In this document: piece by piece, positions 36,483 to 48,300 of the stretch
Numbering within the stretch: position 1 is the stretch's first letter
How the letters are laid out: the number at the start of each line of letters is the position of its first letter
DNA from: Azolla caroliniana
Lineage: Eukaryota > Plantae > Polypodiophyta
Length of the DNA: 64,000 bases
Reading direction: 5' to 3'
Assembly (NCBI GenBank): GCA_043228905.1
Contig: JBHGNT010000001.1
Span: 23,126,001 to 23,190,000 of the forward strand
Program-made: the position numbers and the translations under genes
The notes under the pieces: generated by a model
Databases searched by the model: none
Told to the model about the DNA's origin: nothing
The model's input: the letters and a program-made list of their open reading frames with translations, nothing else

Positions 36483-39400
36483 ATGTCCTCCAAGAAGATG
36501 TATGGACCACTTCACTTCGGATTCCAGGTACGAAACCCTAATATGTACGAACACCTTCTCATTCATATCGTTCTCCCTATTATGGCAATGTGAGCAACTC
36601 GATACTTGGTATCAAGTCTCACATATGTGGACCCAACTCGATACTTGGTATCGAGTTGCTCCCCCTTTAGACCCCATGTGGACCCCAACTTGATCTTGGT
36701 ATCAAGTTGCTCCCCCTTTAGACTGCAACTCGATACCAATTATTAAGTTGCTCCTCCGCCTTTAGACCCCAACTCGATACCAAGTATCGAGTTACTCTAC
36801 TCCTTGGCCCCAACTCGATACTTGGTATCGAGTTGCTACCCCTATGTATACAAACTCAATACTTGGTATTGAGTTGGGGCCCATATGTATACAAACTCGA
36901 TACGTGGTATCGAGTTCGGGCTGCTTGTATACATATGGGCCCGAACTCGATACCAAGTATCGAGTTTGTATACATAGGGGCCCGAACTCGATACCACGTA
37001 TCGAGTTTGTATACATATGGGCCTGAACTTGATACTTGGTATTGAGTTGGTATACATATGGACCCGAACTTGATACTTAGTATCGAGTTGGTACACATAT
37101 GTGCTACAATTTACATGTTTATTGTCATATAATACTAGATTGGGCATAAAAATCAAAGCTTTTTAGCTTTAGGTTTTAGATGCTATTTTAGAAATTTTAA
37201 GCCAAATGACCCATTTTAGGCATACAAGCAAAGCAGCCTTATGAAGTCTTTCTAAAACTCTTAGCGCCCATTTCCTAAGTCTCCCTTTTTTATTATTTCA
37301 TTAGGTCTACAGATCCTAAGGAAGAGCGCCCTGTGAAGTTCATTCGAGTAAAATATCAAAGCTCTCCGATAGAAACCTGAAAAGTCCCCCCTCTCACGTT
37401 AAAGCAGAAAGGGAAGAAATTATTATTTGAAGATGAGTTTGTTAGGCAACTATCTAACGAAGTGAGTCAGGAGAAGATGGTGGCTGATCATGGGGGTGAA
37501 ACTCTGGCCGATAAAGACATCACTAAACACAAGTGGGCCTTGTAGTATGTCGACTCAAGTAAGAAGGTTGTACTCATAACGTCTCGTAACAAAGGTCAAG
37601 GGCAGGTAGCCAAGGATTGACCCTTTGGTTACGACCGAAGATTGAGATTGGACTATGACGACGCCAACTCCGAAACCCTAGTGGTTCTAGTTGAATGCTC
37701 AAAGGGAGTTCGCAAGTTGTGGGTGTGTGAAGACTTATTAGTGAAGGACTCATGCGGTCCTGAATCATTCAGATTGGCTATTGAGTAGTCCAATAATCTA
37801 ATCACAACACTACAACCATACATACAGGGCCATGTCTCATTAAAGGAGTGTTTACCTTCCCTGATAAAGGTTGCACCTAAAAAGGTGCCTGTGCACTCAA
37901 GGCCATCCAAAAAGAAAGTGACCAAACTGTCTGAGTGAGATTCATCAAGTTCAACAGATGACGAAGATGCAAGGACAACACCACGGGCAGAGTTGTGATC
38001 TAGTGTGCTTTTGTCTGACCAGAATAAAATTAGATGAGAGATCATGCAAAAAAAACTAGTGCGGAAGGGACAAGTCTTTAACCTCCCCATTACCCACATC
38101 CATCGTCCACCTGTTGATGAGAAGTCTGGACGTCGACCTTTGGAGATCAGGGAGCCTCATAAACTACACGTCCAGAACCTCAAAAGAAAATGAAGATTAA
38201 TCCCCATGCAAAAGTAGTACCATTCATCGTAATGGTTGATCCTGACGAGTGTTCGTGTTTAGAAAGAAGACTTCGACGTAAGAAAACACAATTAATACAA
38301 CTATTATGTCATTGGGGGATCACACTCAACAGAAGCAAGAAGGCAGTTGGTAAGAGAACATCCCACAACATACTTATTTAAGTATGTTGAATGTAAGATT
38401 TACGTGTCCCTAAATGGATGAAGCAAAGTTGTTAGCCTGGGACCATAACAACGACAACGACTACCGTCAAAATATGTCATTGATAGAGCGCATCTGATTT
38501 TTTCACCATGAATACTTAGATGCCAAGTAGAGAATTTGACCAAAGATGTTTCCATCACTTTGACATCAATGTCTTCATGAAGTTGGGATCGTTGTAGACG
38601 ATGCAGTAAAGTCTGATGGTATTCGGAAGTATGAGTCGTGGTTTCAGCTTGCCTTCGGAGATGGGGTTGTTTGGGAATTGCAATACCAGATCTTTACAAT
38701 GTGGGAAAACAAGGAGGTGAAAGGTCAACGTCAAAAAAGGGAAAGTTGACCCACACTAGAGTTGAAGTCAACTGCGGCAAAAAAGATTGAGTTGACACCA
38801 TGGAGAGCCATGTAGGGTATAAAAGAAGAGCAACTACTTGTGTCTGTCTTGTCTAGAGTCATGGCGAAAGAGCTAAGCTTAGAAGAAATGGTCATAGAGT
38901 TCAACAAGTAAGCCTAATACTTTTGTTTTGAATACATGTTTTGTCCTCTTTGAATTCATAAGTGCTAATGGTTGTTTATGCTTTACTAGTCACAAGGTGT
39001 ATATGAAAATTCAGGAGGTGATGATTAAGCAACTTGGTTGCTTAACATGGGCACAAGTGACTAAAGAGTATCCGAGTACATCTTCATACAAGAAGTTATC
39101 GGAATATTTTATTGCTTTTAAGGATTGGATTAGTATTACATATTTGATATTTGTCATTCAATTTTATTACATAGTTGAAGAATAAGTATGACTTACTTTT
39201 GTTGTTGTTTCACATTGAAACCATGTCGTAGCAAGAAGTTTGGAGAAGTCAAAGATATACATGATTTTCCAACTTCATTTCTTGCCCATCTTGAAAGAGC
39301 TCGAAAAGAAAAGGACCGATGCTTAGTGAAGGCGTTCAATGTGGACGATGACAGAACTTTCGAGAAGTTCAGCCACAAAAGGGATATCACCCGAGAATTG

Positions 39401-40515
39401 TATTATAATGTGTATTGCGGTGATGTGCAGAGATGATCCAGAAGTTGCCAAAGAAGAAGTACACATTACTCTTGTAGATATTCCATGCGGATTCCGCATT
39501 GCTGGATCTTCTTATGATGATGGACCATTTAGGTTCAAACAATTGGAGAAAATGGTGAAGGATTTCGCGGAATTGACCAAAACGAGTTTGTGGAGAATAG
39601 TGATCTTTCATAGTATGGACCAAGGATATTTTGTGGCTCAAGAGTTGAGATCTCATTGTCATGGTGTTAAGAACCTTGCTTGGTAAGGCTTATACAACAA
39701 CTAATTCAATTTTGGTTGTATTTCAATTATTGTCAGTTTATGTAACTAATACTTGAGTCTGTGTCTTTTGGTTTCTTTTTGTCATTTATAGGATCAAAAC
39801 CAACGTTAATAGAGGACCGACCTTTCGGTTTGTCAATGCTATTGAATACCTAACTATTGGTTGTTATGATGAAATAAAGAAGCAAACGAGTAAGGAACAT
39901 TCAAATGAGGTCGGAGGTTCAAATCTGTTAGTGTACCCAGCAATTACGCGGAAATTACGACATGTCACGACAATTGAACGTGGCCTAGTCAATCCTTACC
40001 AGAAGCCCCAACAACTCATGATGCGCTTTATCGAAATGTCCTGTAATGAAGGACATTGGATTTTAGATTTGTTTTCTAGCACAAGTATGTTCTTAGACTT
40101 TGCTCTACAAAAGTATATACTTATTGGTTGTCTAATTGAAGCTATGATCTTATTATTTTCGTGATAGGTACGACATCTACATGTGCCTTGAAATTATTTC
40201 GGAATACAGTTGCATTGGAGAAGGACGAGGAGCAAGTATGTTTCATTAATATGCAGATTAAAGCCTTATGGGAGTGCCCAGATCAAGACGATGAGGTAGG
40301 GGCAACGTATATCACGGATACCGAACGGTTTCAAGCTGCCTCTCATGAGCCTATTCCTCCCTTGGTTGGTGAACCTGGGGAGCTTATAGAACTAGATGAT
40401 GAGCTTTTGGAGGACCCCAGTAGCCAGTCTAACTAGAGTGGATGCCGATGCACAAAATTCTGAGGACAATTCTCAAAAGGAAGACGAAGAGAATGATGAA
40501 CTTATAGCAATGTAG
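36483..40515 (+). pseudogene. Decayed spliced gene: ParB/Srx-like domain plus beta-class (N6_N4_Mtase-like) DNA amino-methyltransferase with acidic tail; probably transposon cargo
   Basis: Reconstructed 38080-38500: LEIREPHKLHVQNLK..PFIVMVD..YYVIGGSHSTEARRQL..EAKLLAWDHN..MSLIERI. 39400-40270: VYCGD..VHITLVDIPCG..LAW^IKTN..IEYLTIG..NPYQKPQQLMMRFIEMSCNEGHWILDLFSST^STTSTCALKLFRNTVALEKDEE. GT-AG introns 38908-38989, 39683-39791, 40085-40167 restore frame. Many in-frame TGA/TAG stops and frameshifts. The 5' start is uncertain (possible exon 36483-36527, acceptor at about 37304). Confidence 0.75.
36595..37091. repeat. Array of 12 palindromes AACTCGATAC-nnn-GTATCGAGTT at about 41-bp spacing
   Basis: Copies near 36595, 36634, 36686, 36726, 36770, 36811, 36852, 36893, 36943, 36984, 37025, 37066. 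Linkers are themselves repetitive (TGTATACATATGGGCCC). Confidence 0.92.
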
Positions 40516-41329
40516 TGAATTTTGTATTTTATAAAAAACTTAGTAATCAAAGTTTTTATTCTCTTCAAAGTAAGTTTGATTCCATATTTATATTGTTTCT
40601 TTAAATATGTTTGCCGATGTTTATATTGTTACATTTGTGTTGATGCCATCAACGTTATAACATTGCTAAGCTTTACCAAGCTACATGTGTTAATCGATGT
40701 ACTTGTTATAATCGTTTTAATCTAAGCTTCACTTTTGATCATCGAGTAGGTTCCACAAATTGGACCCACCTTACATTTGGGTGTGTGACCATAGTGAGTG
40801 TCCAAGTGTATCCATTATATGATACGTGTGTATGGGTGTCCTCTCTCATAGGTGTGTGTATTGGGGAAACTCTTTGATGGGTGTGTATATCGGGCAACAT
40901 TCAGTAAGTATTAGAGTGCATAACACATAAGCACTAACTATAGCTATCACTTCCATTTCTTCTTCCTACACCTCCACACGATGGTTAAACCTGGAGATCA
41001 ATTGTTGTGTAGACCATGTTCATAGTTTGTAATTTAACTACATTTTATGTCCGAAGATCATGATTTTCACAACATGTCAACCAACTTTGCAAATTGCATC
41101 ATACAGTCTAAAAGTTTAACGATTATCAATTGAATAAAGAATTGTCATATTATATAATTTTAAATAAGTTTCATATTTGGAGGTCATCAACTTTAACAAT
41201 GTCCAAAAAATACATGTTTTTTACTTAGAAACTTGTTAAATATTAATAATTGAGCAAATTCGATACGGGTTGACGAACATGTGACAATGGTGTAACAAGT
41301 TTCTATATATTGCATAAATTTTCCCAATT

Positions 41330-42368
41330 GTGAAAGGAATCTAAATGTGGAATGCACGATCCTTCCACTTTTGAACGCGAACGTGTTTCTTGTTGGCTGC
41401 CACCATTGTGTGTCAATCCACCTCGTCCTCCACGAGCATGGGGCCGATCCACCTCCGTTTACACCATCCAACCATTTGATTGTGTGCTCCTTGACACACC
41501 ATCATGGTTCTCTTCGACCATAAGCATTCACTACATGTCGAAAAACGATGGTGGCTTCTCCCTTGTGCAGATAGTTGTCTGAATCGGCCCATATCTTTGA
41601 GCTAGACCATCAAGGCAAATCTATACCATTTCATTCTCGTCCACCATCACATTGATGGACCCCAAGACATCACAGGTTTCCTTGATTTTGGTGGTGTAGC
41701 AGGTCATCGTCATATCCCTTTGTCGGATATTGTTGAGCTCTTTATGTGTCGACTCCGACGCTACTTTGTTTTTTCCCTGGATGTAACTCCAGTAGCCATG
41801 CCCGAGCAGGTACTGGTGCATCTTGTACTCCCAAGATGCATAGTTGCTTATGTCCAACTTCTCCGTCAGAAGAGCGCCACCCATACCTCTGTACAATTTC
41901 TTCTCGTTTGTTCTTTTCTGAATATTAGGTTGTGTCCTTGTTGAACGCTTGTCAATAGTAGAGGATTCTTAACCCTCGCGCTTTGATACCATGTACAGAT
42001 TTAGTGCAGAAGTTGAAATAGACACAACCACCTCAACCGAACAACAACAGAAGAACTGAGAAAATCAATGGAGAACACAGTACGCAGTACATGGGAGAGA
42101 CAGAGAGAGTAGAAGACTGAAAACTTAATTCAAAATAAAATGTTCTGTGTACATGCGAATGTGCTCGAAGTCGTCGGGACTAAGGTTAAAAGGATTTGGC
42201 TATATAGTTTATAAGGCTTGTACAACAATGTTAGAAAGATTAAGGATAGGAAGAAGAAGAGTTAGAAGTAATGTGCGAGAGACAGATGAACATAGATAAG
42301 AGATAAGAGACAATGTATGATTTAAGAGGTGAAAATGTATTATAAGAACAAGCTTTATATTAACAACA
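41330..42368 (-). mobile_element. Ty1/Copia fragment C3: LTR (41992 to about 42368), tRNA-iMet PBS (41980-41991), deleted gag
   Basis: TGGTATCAAAGC next to the LTR end TGTACA. Gag EKLDISNYASWEYKMHQYLLGHGYW is homologous to C2. Confidence 0.85.
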
Positions 42369-42390
42369 CAATATTTTACCAAAGTTACAA

Positions 42391-45300
42391 TGTCGATCAC
42401 ATGATGTGACTTTTCTTTCGTTGAATTCTAGATTTGAACCCTTGACTCTAACTTCAAACCACGAGCCTCTTCCCAAATGAGCTAATTTATTTGTTTAATC
42501 ATATTATTTCTCTCACTTTTTCTTGATCCCTTCTTGTTTTCCTTGCCCCTCTTTATATAAGTATTGTCATGGATATGGTAATGTGTGGCAGGATGGCATG
42601 CATGACTTTCATGTGATGCATGATTGCCATTTGGTGCACATGCATTACATGTGATGCATGATAGCCATCATGCTCATTTGAGTTCTCATGTATGAAAATA
42701 TATATAGGATAAGTACAATGATGGAAATATATGTTTTAAAATAAGTAATCTAGCTTAGTGGTGTACATTGTATACCTTGTGCTTGGTATACAACGTTGAG
42801 GGCTCAAGTCTCTCAATTTTACTTAATACAATATTTAGCTTCATTCTTATATGATGAAGCATATTCTTTACAATAATTCTAAAATTAATAAGCCTAGCCT
42901 AGTGGTATGTATATTGTACTGCGTATATAAGGGTGTGGGTTCAAGTCTCTCAAATACTACTAAATCCAATATTTAAGTTCATTTTTATGTCGTGAAGCAC
43001 ATTCTTCACGACACCCACCTGCTCTGAACTTGCACATTGGTTGTGAAGAGTTCATCCAACACTTCTTCCGATTCTTTTAGTTCCTCTACATCTTCATAAA
43101 ATTCGGGCTCTAGTGACTCCCTCCTTTTAAATATTTTAATCCTTTTTCCTGCAATTGGGATACGAATGTCTGTCCCATCTAATTCATTGAGGAAATATGT
43201 GGCCTTATATGTTATTTTCCTAACTTCATAAGGTCCAAGCCATCTTTTTGCGAACTTCCGAATAGTACTGTATTGATTATCTAGGCTACTATCATATACT
43301 AATACCCAGTCTCCCTCTTGCACCTTCCTTGGTCGTATTCTTTTTATCTTGTCAAATTTGTCCTTATTCTTGATTCTTGCCTCTTTCAATCTAGTAGCTA
43401 CTTTTTCTATGTCTTCTGTCCTAGATTGAAGTTGTCGTATCGAATAGCAAGTAAACCTTCCCTACTCATTTCTGATTCCCAAGGCAACACAACCCATGTA
43501 GTTATCTTTTCTTCAACCCTGGATTAATTCTGCAGGCATATATCCAATAACAGTGCTATGAGTTGTCCTATCAGCCCATAGTGCATAGGGTAAGACTTTT
43601 GGCCAATCACCGAACCGTCCTTTACATGCCTTTGCTAAAGCTTTGACTATTGGCCCATGTCCCCTTTCTATCTTTCCATTAGCTTCCGGATTGTATGTTG
43701 TTGTCAAAGATAGTCGAATCCCTATTTTGTCGAAAAAATCTAGAACTTCTGCAGAATTGAGCTCTTCCCAATCTGTTACTATCTTCCCGATACATCCATA
43801 TCTACAAACAATGTCCTCCAATATGAATTGACATACGCATAATGTCCCTTTTGTTCACAGTGCACGTCCTTCCACTTGATTTGTTAGATCTTCTCTTGCA
43901 AGAACCAAGTATCTCTTTTGTCCCAAGTGGCATTGTTACCAAATCTATCATCCACTTGTAATGCACCCCTGGTGAGTATGTTGGGTGTAACTCATCACAA
44001 AATTTTACATTTGAATAATATTGACAAGCGGGACAAGTTTCCACATACTTTTTTATTTCCTCATAATATCGAGGCCACCAAAACCATTCTTTAATCTTAC
44101 TGAAAGTGGCCCACACTCCTCGATGACCAGCCCATTCTTTGTCATGCAGCTCTCTGATTATCTCCTTCTTTGCCCTTCAAAACCTATTACTCTTTGCGGG
44201 TTTCCAGTCTTGGTTTTCAGATGTCGTCATAGATATCCTTCATGCAAGAAGAACTTATGGGCTTTCTTGAGAAACTATGCGAACTCTTTTCCAAACTGAT
44301 CTTTATACTTGTCAGGGGTCTGTAGATACTTCCCTATTTCCTTGAATTCTTCTTCATTCTCCTCTTCTAGAAACTGCATTCCTCCTTCCTAGTGTCATGT
44401 GGTTTTTCACACACAATATGAAACTTAGTAAAACAATTATTTAATATTAGTTTAATGTATTCATATAGATAAATGTCGTGTGTTTTTTCACACACGATAT
44501 TAAAACTAGTAAAACAATTATTTAAGATTAGCTTAATGTATTCATATAGACAGATGTCTTCAAGAGCTTCATAGCGTATTTTACTACGCATGAAATGGAT
44601 AAACAAGTATCAAGTTATGTGAGTGTAAAGTTTGAAGAAGAAGAAAGAAAAGACAAAACTGTGAGATATCCCACATAGATAGGACAACATTGGAACCCAT
44701 GATATATAAAGGAAACCAAAACATATTTGTTCTATCAATGTGTGGAGCACAAAATGTTCAAGATGAATTGGGCTACACTGTGTGGTGTGCACGCTTCGGG
44801 CGTATGCACGTGTGCATGGCCGCGTGGATGTTCTTGGACGTACGCGTGCATGGACGTCTTCATATGTATGCGCGCGAACATTTTAGACGGACGCGTGTGT
44901 GTGGATGCGTACACGGTGCGGTCGGGGCTTTTGCGCGCGGATGCGTACACGGCGTGGTTGGGACGTGTGCATGCGTGGATGCGTACACTACGTGGTCAGG
45001 ACTTTTGCACGCGGACGCGTCTACGGTTTGGTTGCGACGCACGTACGGATTGCGCACGTGCCAAACTTTATGGATTATTGGGTCATTTGGCCAAATTATA
45101 CGAACGGTCACATGCAACTAAAAGCCAAGGCCATGTAACTAAAAATGGAAGCCTGCAACTAAAAATAGAGGCCATGCAACTAAAAATGGAAGCATGCAAC
45201 TAAAAGTGGACATGCAAAGTAACATTGGGAAAGAGGATCAACAAAGAGCTGAATATATGTTCCATTTTTTTCCCTCTACATTTTTTTTTCCTCTTCCTTC

Positions 45301-48300
45301 TTCTTCTTCTCTCTCTCATTTCCTTGGGGAACAAATTATCTCTCAGATTGATATCAAACTCTTGGCTTGGCTTGCTCAATCTTTCTTGTCAAAAATTATC
45401 TCTCATATTCATATTGGACCACTCCTTACATGGCTGTTGGCTCCTTTCTTTAAAAAAATTTTATCTCTCATTTTCATCTTCAACCCGTTGTAACAAGATT
45501 CTTGAATTATAAAAGAATCTATTTTCTTATGCTATAAACGAACGTTTTCTCTCATTTACTCGTCTTATATGTGAATTTTCCTTGTGTTGTACTTGTTGCA
45601 CTAAATCCTTCTAGTCCAGAACCCCGGCGGTTCCGCCTCACGATCCGCACATAATGACGGATTTTCACGACACCGGGTAATGCTTGTGGTAAGGAATGTT
45701 TGTTCTTTGTCCTCATCGTCCGAGTCTGGAATCTCCTCTTCCTTATACCTTGCTCTTGATAACATATTTGCTACTGCATTTCTATTCCCAAAGATATGTC
45801 TAACTTTAGGGTTGACTGATCTAATATAGACACACCATCTTAACATGGCTTGATCTGGAATATCACAATTAGCTATGATACCAAGCATAGGCAAACAATC
45901 TATTTCTATTATTACTTCAGCACCAATTAAGTAATCTCTATCTATCTTAATTGTTGTTACTACCCCCCATAACTCTCTTTTGACCTGTGCATATTTTCTT
46001 TGTCAACCACTAAGAACCTTTGCTCCAAATCGGACTGGATACCTTTCTTCCCCATCTTGTTGGCTTATCACCCATCCAATTCCAATGGGATTGGAGTCTA
46101 CTGTGAGATATATGGGTCAGGTGTAGTCAGGTTGCTTTAATGGTGGAGCTTGTGCCAAGTAAGACTTCAATTTCCTCATTGCCTCTAAATGCTCTTCATT
46201 CCATTCAAATGTTTCTCCTTTTCTTAGGAGTTTGTATAAAGGTTCAAATAAATGGGCATAATGGGGAATCCATCTACAATAAAAAACACATACCCCCAGA
46301 AACCTTCGTACTTCTGAGATGAATGTACATTCCTCTTGCATGTTTTGAATTGCATTAACCTCGGTGGGGGATGACTTTCTCCCATACGGGCCACACATAT
46401 GACCAACTATTAATATCTCTTTTGCCCCAAATATTGATTTCGCCCTTGATAAGGTCAAATGCACTTCTTCCATCCTCGATAGTATCTTCTCACAATCCTT
46501 GATATGGTCGGCAACGAATTGTCAGCAACCATTTTCGTCCAATTCCTCATTCTTCTCTTCCTCCTTGCATCCCTTAATCGGAACATCATCTAAAAAAGGC
46601 ATTGTAATATGAGGAATAAAATCACAAAGTACCTTGTTCATTCCATTCATCATATGCGCCACTGAGTTGGTCGATCCTTGCGGCAAGGTACAAATCTGTA
46701 CTAACCCTATAGGTGTCTTGATAGAAGTAATATCTCAACTTTTCATAGAAAGTTGAAATTGATCATACCCAGAATAAAGTTCTCCCATTGAATATATAGC
46801 TCTTCCTGCAAACATCTCAACAAACTCATCCACAATTGGCCCTACTCCTAAGTTTCGGATTGTTACGTTATTCACAGGTTGCATATCTTGGATAAATCGG
46901 AGCCATCCATATTTCTTTAACACAGTGAACCATCGACTTGAGTAAGGAGCGTTCGATGGTTCCTTATCTTTTCTTTTAGAAGTTCTAATAGTTTAGGGAT
47001 TCTGGCCCTAGGCATGGGTATTGGCTTAAAGTTCCATGGAATATGAGGGATAGTGAATATAACCATGGGCTCTACTATTCATGGATCCACACACCCTATT
47101 TCCTCAGGTTGGAATGCAAATGTCTTTCCATGCCTTTTTAACATCTCCCTGAATTGCTTTTCTTCAGCTGGTAATAGGAAGTCACCCCCTCCTATTTTCA
47201 TCCCTTGTATTGTTTCCGGAGTAAACACAGGTTCTAGCTTTTGTGGGTCTCTGATCATTGGCTCAGTGGCTGCTTCTTTGATTGCCCTTTCACTATCGCT
47301 TGGAACTGTAGCAACAATAGGACGAACCTTCTTCTCCACTATTTTGTACTTTGTTAGGACATGTGCCTCATGATCCTTTCGAGCAACTTCTTCAATGATC
47401 TCGTACATCTTGATCGAATGGATGGGAACTTGGATTTCGTTGTTGTCCTCCATTGCCTCCAGATGAGTTATTGTATCTTCAAAACTTAATTCTTCAAACA
47501 TATCTTGAATTTCTTCTTCATCATCTATTAATCCATAACACTTAAAGTACTCAAAAGCATTTTGTATTTTATTATTATCTACTTTCAGCATAAAAGTCGC
47601 ACCACTAGATGAGATTGTACAAGGAATATCTTTATTTACTTTATTATTTATGGGGTTTTCTTTCATGTCCGGGCTATCACAACCCCTACATGTAAAAGCC
47701 CTATCTAAAAATCATGGGAAAATTCTTCATCCGCCTCCCAAACTAGACATTCCCTCAAGCATTCTTTATTTCTTTCGTGGTTGGGCCTCACGGTTAAGAA
47801 TTGGATTGTCTTTCTTCCATCTTGACTCTTGATTCTCACGAAAGCCGAACCATCATCAATCACCTTTGTTTCCATCCTGATTGCGGTGATGTAAGGTTGA
47901 CCAAGGATGACGGGGTAGGTTGATCGATCCTGCACAAATAAATTTTGATTCACTGCCACATCACCAATTGTTACCTTCACATTGGGGCATGCTCCAAATA
48001 GATCCTTCATAGTCTCTGTGGCAACTCTTATCTTCCACCCATGATTCTTGTCAACCGGCCACCGTCCTTGAGCGTAAAATTCCGATGACATCATGTTAAT
48101 CTTGGATCCATGATCAATCAAAGCAATACATGGAATTTGTTGCTCCCCAATTTTTGTAGGTGCCTCCAATGTTGCTCGAACCCAATGGTTCCTTGTATAG
48201 TTACTCATATCCTCTTCATGAACCCCAACATCATTTCTGTTTTTTACACTTACAACATTAATGGTGCCACCATACAAATCTCAAAGTGTTGTTGCACACC

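Noticed and set aside
36595-37091. CRISPR array
   Set aside because: Linkers are mostly about 16-18 nt and repeat one another, there are no cas genes, and the context is eukaryotic.
37305-40515. Bacterial contamination explaining the methyltransferase
   Set aside because: It has GT-AG introns that restore frame, transition-type decay, and is contiguous with plant retroelements.
35760-40800. CACTA...TAGTG termini around the MTase element
   Set aside because: The pentamers exist, but the adjacent sequences are not inverted repeats and there is no TSD.
44690-45203. Cys/Arg-rich ORFs
   Set aside because: Translation of GCGTACAC/ACGCGT-type repeats in the solo LTR U3.
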